A DNA stretch of 20,700 nucleotides from positions 1 through 20,700 of the forward strand of contig JBDRUH010000023.1 of assembly GCA_039801225.1 (NCBI GenBank), given 5' to 3'. Below are positions 16,612-20,700 of this stretch, piece after piece. The position numbers were made by a program, and so were the translations under genes. This DNA is from a candidate division WOR-3 bacterium. Its GTDB lineage: Bacteria; Hydrothermota; Tepidihabitantia; Tepidihabitantales; Tepidihabitantaceae. The notes under the pieces are model-generated. The model saw only the letters and a list, made by a program, of their open reading frames with translations, was not told the origin of the DNA and did no database searches. Within the stretch, counting starts at the first letter, position 1. Each line of letters opens with the position of its first letter.

Positions 16612-17484
16612 ATGAAGTCAAAGTATATCGTAGTAATACTCTGTCTGTTATCGGTGATTTTCCTCCTCTCACCCGGCTGTAAAGAGAAACCACCAACAAC
16701 CGGCAAACCGGTGGTCCTCGGTGTTATTGTCGTAGGAGGAGGTGCTTTATTGACTAGCGACTCAACAGTTACAGGTCAAGTGGAAATAGACGGCTCCAAG
16801 AGCCTGCCGGTAGTTACCATAAATAGCGAATCACTCAACCTGACTAACTATTATACCAACTATAATTCTTTCGCCGATGTTCATCTATGGTATAGTGAAT
16901 GGCGGAAAGACCAGCTGGGCGTCGCATTGGGCAAGAAGTGTGCGCTAAATGTCTCTCAGTTGGGCGGCGATGCCTCAAGCGACAGTGTCGTTGTTCCTTA
17001 TCCATTAACATTCACCTCTCCCGGCGACACCTTCACATTGAAAGCGGGTAACCCGCTCCCCATCGCCTGGTCGGGCACAACCGGAATAGACCGCTACTCC
17101 CTGACGATAAACATTGACTATTACTACCGTGACACCGCTCATCAATACGACTACTTTTCTCTTGACACCACTCTGTATCTGCCCGGCACTATAACCTCCT
17201 TTACCCTTCCGGCAACAACCATCTTCCCGGCTTATGTAGACACGGTCTTCTCTGGTGATGGTCGGATTGAGTTGGGGGCAGAAAGCGGCTGTCATGAGGG
17301 AGAAGACCCTAAAGGTAATATTAAAGGGAATGGCTATGGCTACTTCTGGACCTATACCTACACCTATCGCACATTTGACATCAGCGCGCGCCTTGTTAAC
17401 GCCTCCAGGCACTACAAGCCAGATTTATCTGAGATTGCCAAAAAGGTTCTTCAACAGAAGAAGGTGGAACTCGGGATAAAATAG
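16612..17484 (+). CDS. Hypothetical lipoprotein (Thr/Tyr/Gly-rich, predicted beta-rich)
   Basis: Strong RBS AAGGAGG; MKSK plus hydrophobic stretch plus lipobox-like LSPGC; no family recognised. Confidence 0.75.
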   Translation: MKSKYIVVILCLLSVIFLLSPGCKEKPPTTGKPVVLGVIVVGGGALLTSDSTVTGQVEIDGSKSLPVVTINSESLNLTNYYTNYNSFADVHLWYSEWRKDQLGVALGKKCALNVSQLGGDASSDSVVVPYPLTFTSPGDTFTLKAGNPLPIAWSGTTGIDRYSLTINIDYYYRDTAHQYDYFSLDTTLYLPGTITSFTLPATTIFPAYVDTVFSGDGRIELGAESGCHEGEDPKGNIKGNGYGYFWTYTYTYRTFDISARLVNASRHYKPDLSEIAKKVLQQKKVELGIK

Positions 17485-17485
17485 G

Positions 17486-18637
17486 TTAGTAGAGGACTAA
17501 CTTTTTAGCAAAAGGGGCTGAACGACTTCTTATGGTTAACTTCAGCCCCCTTCTTTTTATTTCATTAATGAACAGTGAGGTATTAATTACTCTCTCCTGA
17601 GGGAGCACACCCTTTGCCTCAATCTCTTCCCTTGCCAGCATCAAGGCAACAATCGCTGCCGAGAAACCGGTGGTGCGCATCATAGCGGTCAAACCAATTT
17701 TGGAATCGGCATAGTCAATCAGTTGATACCTTACCATTTTCCTCTCTTTCCCCTTTTTGCCCATCACATCAACCCGCAATAGGACAACATCATCGGTCTC
17801 AAACCCGAGCGTCTTTTCTAAGGCATAGCCGAGTATCGCCCGAGGATACCTCTGCCAGTCCCCCACCGCCGCCTTTAACAGTAATTGAAAAATCACCCGA
17901 TGAAACGGATAGCGAATCGTCTTATAGTCAAGGCTCTTCACCTTTCCCTGAAAGGTCTCGGGCAAAGTTGATGAACCACCCGAAGTGTGAAACGCCTCAA
18001 GTTGGGAAAATGGCTTGGGAAAACTTATCTCTTCCGGCTCGGTCAACGGCTTCACTCGCTTTACTCTCCCATCCCGTAAAATTAAACAGGGCTCGGCATA
18101 CTCATTCAAAAGCCCCTGACCAGAAAACAGTAGCCGGTAGAAAAACGGCGGCTTAGGGTTACGCGGCAGACCGCCAACCCGGATGTGAACCGCCTCAGTT
18201 TTATCCAGCCGATTGAAACCATCCGCAGCAAGAATATTGGTCATCCCTGGGGCCAGACCACAATCGGGAATCACAGTTATCCCCGCCTCCTCGGCAAGCG
18301 GGCTCAAGGCAAGTTGCCGGCGCACGATGGTATTATTACCGCCAAGGTCACAGAAGTTTGTCTTAGCCGCAATAGCCAGCCGGGTCAGTTTCAGATTATA
18401 CTCATAAGGGACACAACTTATCGCCACTCCGCACTCCCCAAGGAGGGGAAGAATCCTCTTATCGGTCGCATCCATCTGATAGACTTTAACCTTTGGGCTG
18501 TTGAGCCAGCGCCTCAACTCCTTGAGCCGCCTGGCATTCACATCAATCAAATAAACCCGCTCCACATCCTCCTGGCGGATGAGGTCATAGGCAATCGGCT
18601 TTGCCATCAAACCCGAACCAAAAATAAGGACTCTCAT
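17486..18637 (-). CDS. Saccharopine dehydrogenase / lysine 6-dehydrogenase family oxidoreductase
   Basis: Rossmann IFGSGLMA, FCDLGGN, IPDCGLAPG, RVGGLP, LEAFHTSGG, YKTIRYP, TAMMRTTGF. Confidence 0.88.
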   Translation of the reverse strand: MRVLIFGSGLMAKPIAYDLIRQEDVERVYLIDVNARRLKELRRWLNSPKVKVYQMDATDKRILPLLGECGVAISCVPYEYNLKLTRLAIAAKTNFCDLGGNNTIVRRQLALSPLAEEAGITVIPDCGLAPGMTNILAADGFNRLDKTEAVHIRVGGLPRNPKPPFFYRLLFSGQGLLNEYAEPCLILRDGRVKRVKPLTEPEEISFPKPFSQLEAFHTSGGSSTLPETFQGKVKSLDYKTIRYPFHRVIFQLLLKAAVGDWQRYPRAILGYALEKTLGFETDDVVLLRVDVMGKKGKERKMVRYQLIDYADSKIGLTAMMRTTGFSAAIVALMLAREEIEAKGVLPQERVINTSLFINEIKRRGLKLTIRSRSAPFAKKLVLY

Positions 18638-18640
18638 TGG

Positions 18641-19975
18641 TTAAATTCTCCTTTCCCAATCCGAAGCGATAGCCCATTTCCAGAAAGGAACAAAATGAAC
18701 CAATCCGGAAGGCAATCGCTCCTCACCTTCGTAATCAGCGGTGATGACCGTTGATTTTCTTATCTCAAACTTTTCCATTGCCAATTCCAGCGGTGCCAGT
18801 TCTCTCTCCCGGGCCTCAAACGCCTGCGGTTCAGCACATACCTGGATTAGTGCCTTTGGTTTACCGGCATCCGTTACAACAAAATCTACCTCTTGTTCCC
18901 GGCCATTCTGCCAGTAGTAAATTCCGAGAAGCGGGTCAAGCGCCTCTTGACGCCGCAGTTCGAGAAAGACCAAATTCTCTAAAACCCTACCCCGGTCCTT
19001 GCTGAATGTCAAACCGTGGACTGCGCGTAGCCCTGGGTCAACAACATAAACCTTCCGTGGTCGCAGAATCGTCTCTTTTAGGGAATGAGAGAACTTACTC
19101 AGGAGAAAAACGAGACCGGTCTCCTCCAGGCAATTAAGGTAATTAATCACCGTCCGCTTGATGACCGGAACCGTGCCCTTCAACCAGCGACTGAAGGCGT
19201 TAACCGAAAAGGTAGTGGCGATGTTTGTCACCAGAAAACGGAACAGGATGCGCATAGCCTGCAGATTCCGTATGTGATAGCGCTCAATGATGTCACGCAA
19301 GAACATCGTCTCAAGATACTCTCGTAGAATCCGCAGACGGACATTAGGCTCCTTTTCCAAGACAACCTCAGGAAACCCGCCGAAGTTGAAATACTCATCA
19401 AGGGCAGAAATTACCTCAAACCGCTGACTTGAAACTGAAGTGAAACGGTCAAAAGAGAGACCCCGGGCAGCAAGAAACTCGCGTGGGGAAAAAGGCAATA
19501 GTTCATAACTCAGACCCCGACCGCGCAAGGTGGTGGCGATATCACGGCTAAGCATCTGCGATGAGGAACTGGTGACGAACACCCGAAACTCTCGGGTATC
19601 AAGTAGACGACGGACACCCAATTCCCAGTTACACACCCTTTGCACCTCATCAAGAAACAGATAACGAGGCCCAACCCGTTCATTAGGGGCAAGTTCAAAA
19701 TGCGCCTCGCGCAGGAGTTCAAGGTCAATCGCCTCAGCCGGCAACAGACGCGGGTCATCAAAACTGACATATCCGATATGGCGTTTGGGCACCCCGGATT
19801 CAACCAAGTGCCGGGCAAGACCGAACAGCCAGAAGGTCTTGCCGCTACGACGCACCCCGGTAATTGCTATCGCTTTGCCCGTGTCTAAAGGCACCTTTAA
19901 CTCCCGCGGCACCATATCGGGAAACCTCGCCTCCTGAAACTCATTCAGAATTAGTTTAAGTATTTCTTTGTGCAT
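18641..19975 (-). CDS. AAA_14 ATPase with C-terminal DUF4143 (COG1373 family)
   Basis: Walker A GVRRSGKT, Walker B LFLDEVQ, LRGR, GGFPE, RDIIERY, KVYVVDPG, LENLVFLEL, EVDFVV...LIQV. Start set at ATG 19975. Confidence 0.9.
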   Translation of the reverse strand: MHKEILKLILNEFQEARFPDMVPRELKVPLDTGKAIAITGVRRSGKTFWLFGLARHLVESGVPKRHIGYVSFDDPRLLPAEAIDLELLREAHFELAPNERVGPRYLFLDEVQRVCNWELGVRRLLDTREFRVFVTSSSSQMLSRDIATTLRGRGLSYELLPFSPREFLAARGLSFDRFTSVSSQRFEVISALDEYFNFGGFPEVVLEKEPNVRLRILREYLETMFLRDIIERYHIRNLQAMRILFRFLVTNIATTFSVNAFSRWLKGTVPVIKRTVINYLNCLEETGLVFLLSKFSHSLKETILRPRKVYVVDPGLRAVHGLTFSKDRGRVLENLVFLELRRQEALDPLLGIYYWQNGREQEVDFVVTDAGKPKALIQVCAEPQAFEARERELAPLELAMEKFEIRKSTVITADYEGEERLPSGLVHFVPFWKWAIASDWERRI

Positions 19976-19978
19976 CTT

Positions 19979-20028
19979 ATGATACCATTTTAAGCCCAAA
20001 ATGGTATCATACAGGATACCAAAGTCAA
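19979..20028 (-). promoter_or_regulatory. Promoter of the AAA_14 gene overlapped by GATACCA inverted repeats (operator-like)
   Basis: TTGACT-N16-TACCAT with extended TG; perfect 13-bp IR ATGATACCATTTT-N6-AAAATGGTATCAT (19979-20010). Confidence 0.65.
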
Positions 20029-20083
20029 ATAAGGGATAGGGTAAGGTTAAGAAGAATCTTTGACCCCAACCTCCAACTTGCCT

Positions 20084-20410
20084 CTATCCTCCCCGGCAGG
20101 TCCGCACCGGACATTTCCAGTTGTGACCGCGAGGTGGAACAGGATGTCTGTTTTTATCCTTGGGCGGATATTTATGATAATACCTGCATTCCTTATGAAA
20201 GGCATCCTGGGGTGAGGAGGCATATTCAAACCAGAAATAGCGGTAATGCCAGTTTCTTTTGAACAGTTTCTGCAGATGAGCGTGCAGGTTTTTCTCCGCC
20301 CTTCCGACAAGGGCAACCGTTTGCCCCTCCCGGGAAACCACAAATACCCCGGGATAGCCCTCTTTTATCACATAATCCAGTTCATCGCTCTGATAAGGAC
20401 CTCTAAGCAT
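20084..20410 (-). CDS. Small hypothetical protein, degenerate GIY-YIG-like fold with Cys/His-rich C-terminus
   Basis: PGVFVVS...VALVGRAEKNLHAHL...FWFEYASS..AFHKECRYYH...HP...WKCPVRTC; has its own upstream promoter. Family assignment is from recalled motif pattern only. Confidence 0.65.
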   Translation of the reverse strand: MLRGPYQSDELDYVIKEGYPGVFVVSREGQTVALVGRAEKNLHAHLQKLFKRNWHYRYFWFEYASSPQDAFHKECRYYHKYPPKDKNRHPVPPRGHNWKCPVRTCRGG

Positions 20411-20459
20411 ATTTTTCTTTCTCTACCGTTTTACTTTCACGGTAAATTTAATTGGTTCA

Positions 20460-20487
20460 ATAGTATCGGAAATAAAGCCGAAGTCAA
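20460..20487 (-). promoter_or_regulatory. Promoter of the small GIY-YIG-like gene
   Basis: TTGACT-N16-TACTAT. Confidence 0.55.
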
Positions 20488-20628
20488 AGTAGCAGCAAGC
20501 GATGGCGCGCAGCCGTTTTGATGAATAACCTTAGCGTTAAAAAGTTTTTATATATTGGCGAGCAAGGTCATAGCCGAACGGTCTGTCCCAGCCCTGCATT
20601 AAACAATATGTATTTATCCCTCGCCATC

Positions 20629-20700
20629 TTATATAATCCGGTTAAATCTATTGACATACAACAAGGTATCCGGGTCAAGGATATAAAGCGACTCATGGAT
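20629..20700 (-). CDS. Possible 3' end of a gene entering from beyond the window
   Basis: Open frame IHESLYILDPDTLLYVNRFNRII* from the window edge; too short to verify. Confidence 0.25.
   Translation of the reverse strand: MHESLYILDPDTLLYVNRFNRII

Noticed and set aside
42..20521. Numerous short antisense or alternate-frame ORFs in the track (e.g. 42-323, 9085-9615, 18185-18754, 20047-20343)
   Set aside because: They are shadows of well-supported genes, with no independent start signals or motifs.

Overview
Bacterial chromosomal window (~47% GC by eye), mostly housekeeping genes under standard code 11; gene style and a C-terminal-sorting-domain secreted protein suggest an FCB-related candidate phylum such as WOR-3 (inference only). 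Minus-strand run from the left: mutM (partial, missed by the ORF track), S41 protease, tmk, inositol-3-phosphate synthase, MBL hydrolase, ogt, asnA with a Lys-rich N-terminal tail, then hslU-argF-trxB with no hslV. Next come an MNT-HEPN toxin-antitoxin pair with one in-frame TAA in each gene, a queuosine-precursor transporter, an archaeal-type AspRS, a secreted CTD protein, a zincin, yggS, an orphan lipoprotein, a saccharopine-dehydrogenase-family enzyme, an AAA_14/DUF4143 ATPase with a palindromic operator, and a small degenerate GIY-YIG-like protein. Non-coding signals include a dispersed GTAG-type REP/REPIN family with compensatory stem changes, a composite short-repeat/REP cassette, a structured ~150-nt asnA leader, and a consistent TTGAC-N16-TANNNT promoter architecture with several apparently leaderless genes. 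No rRNA, tRNA, CRISPR array or transposase was seen.
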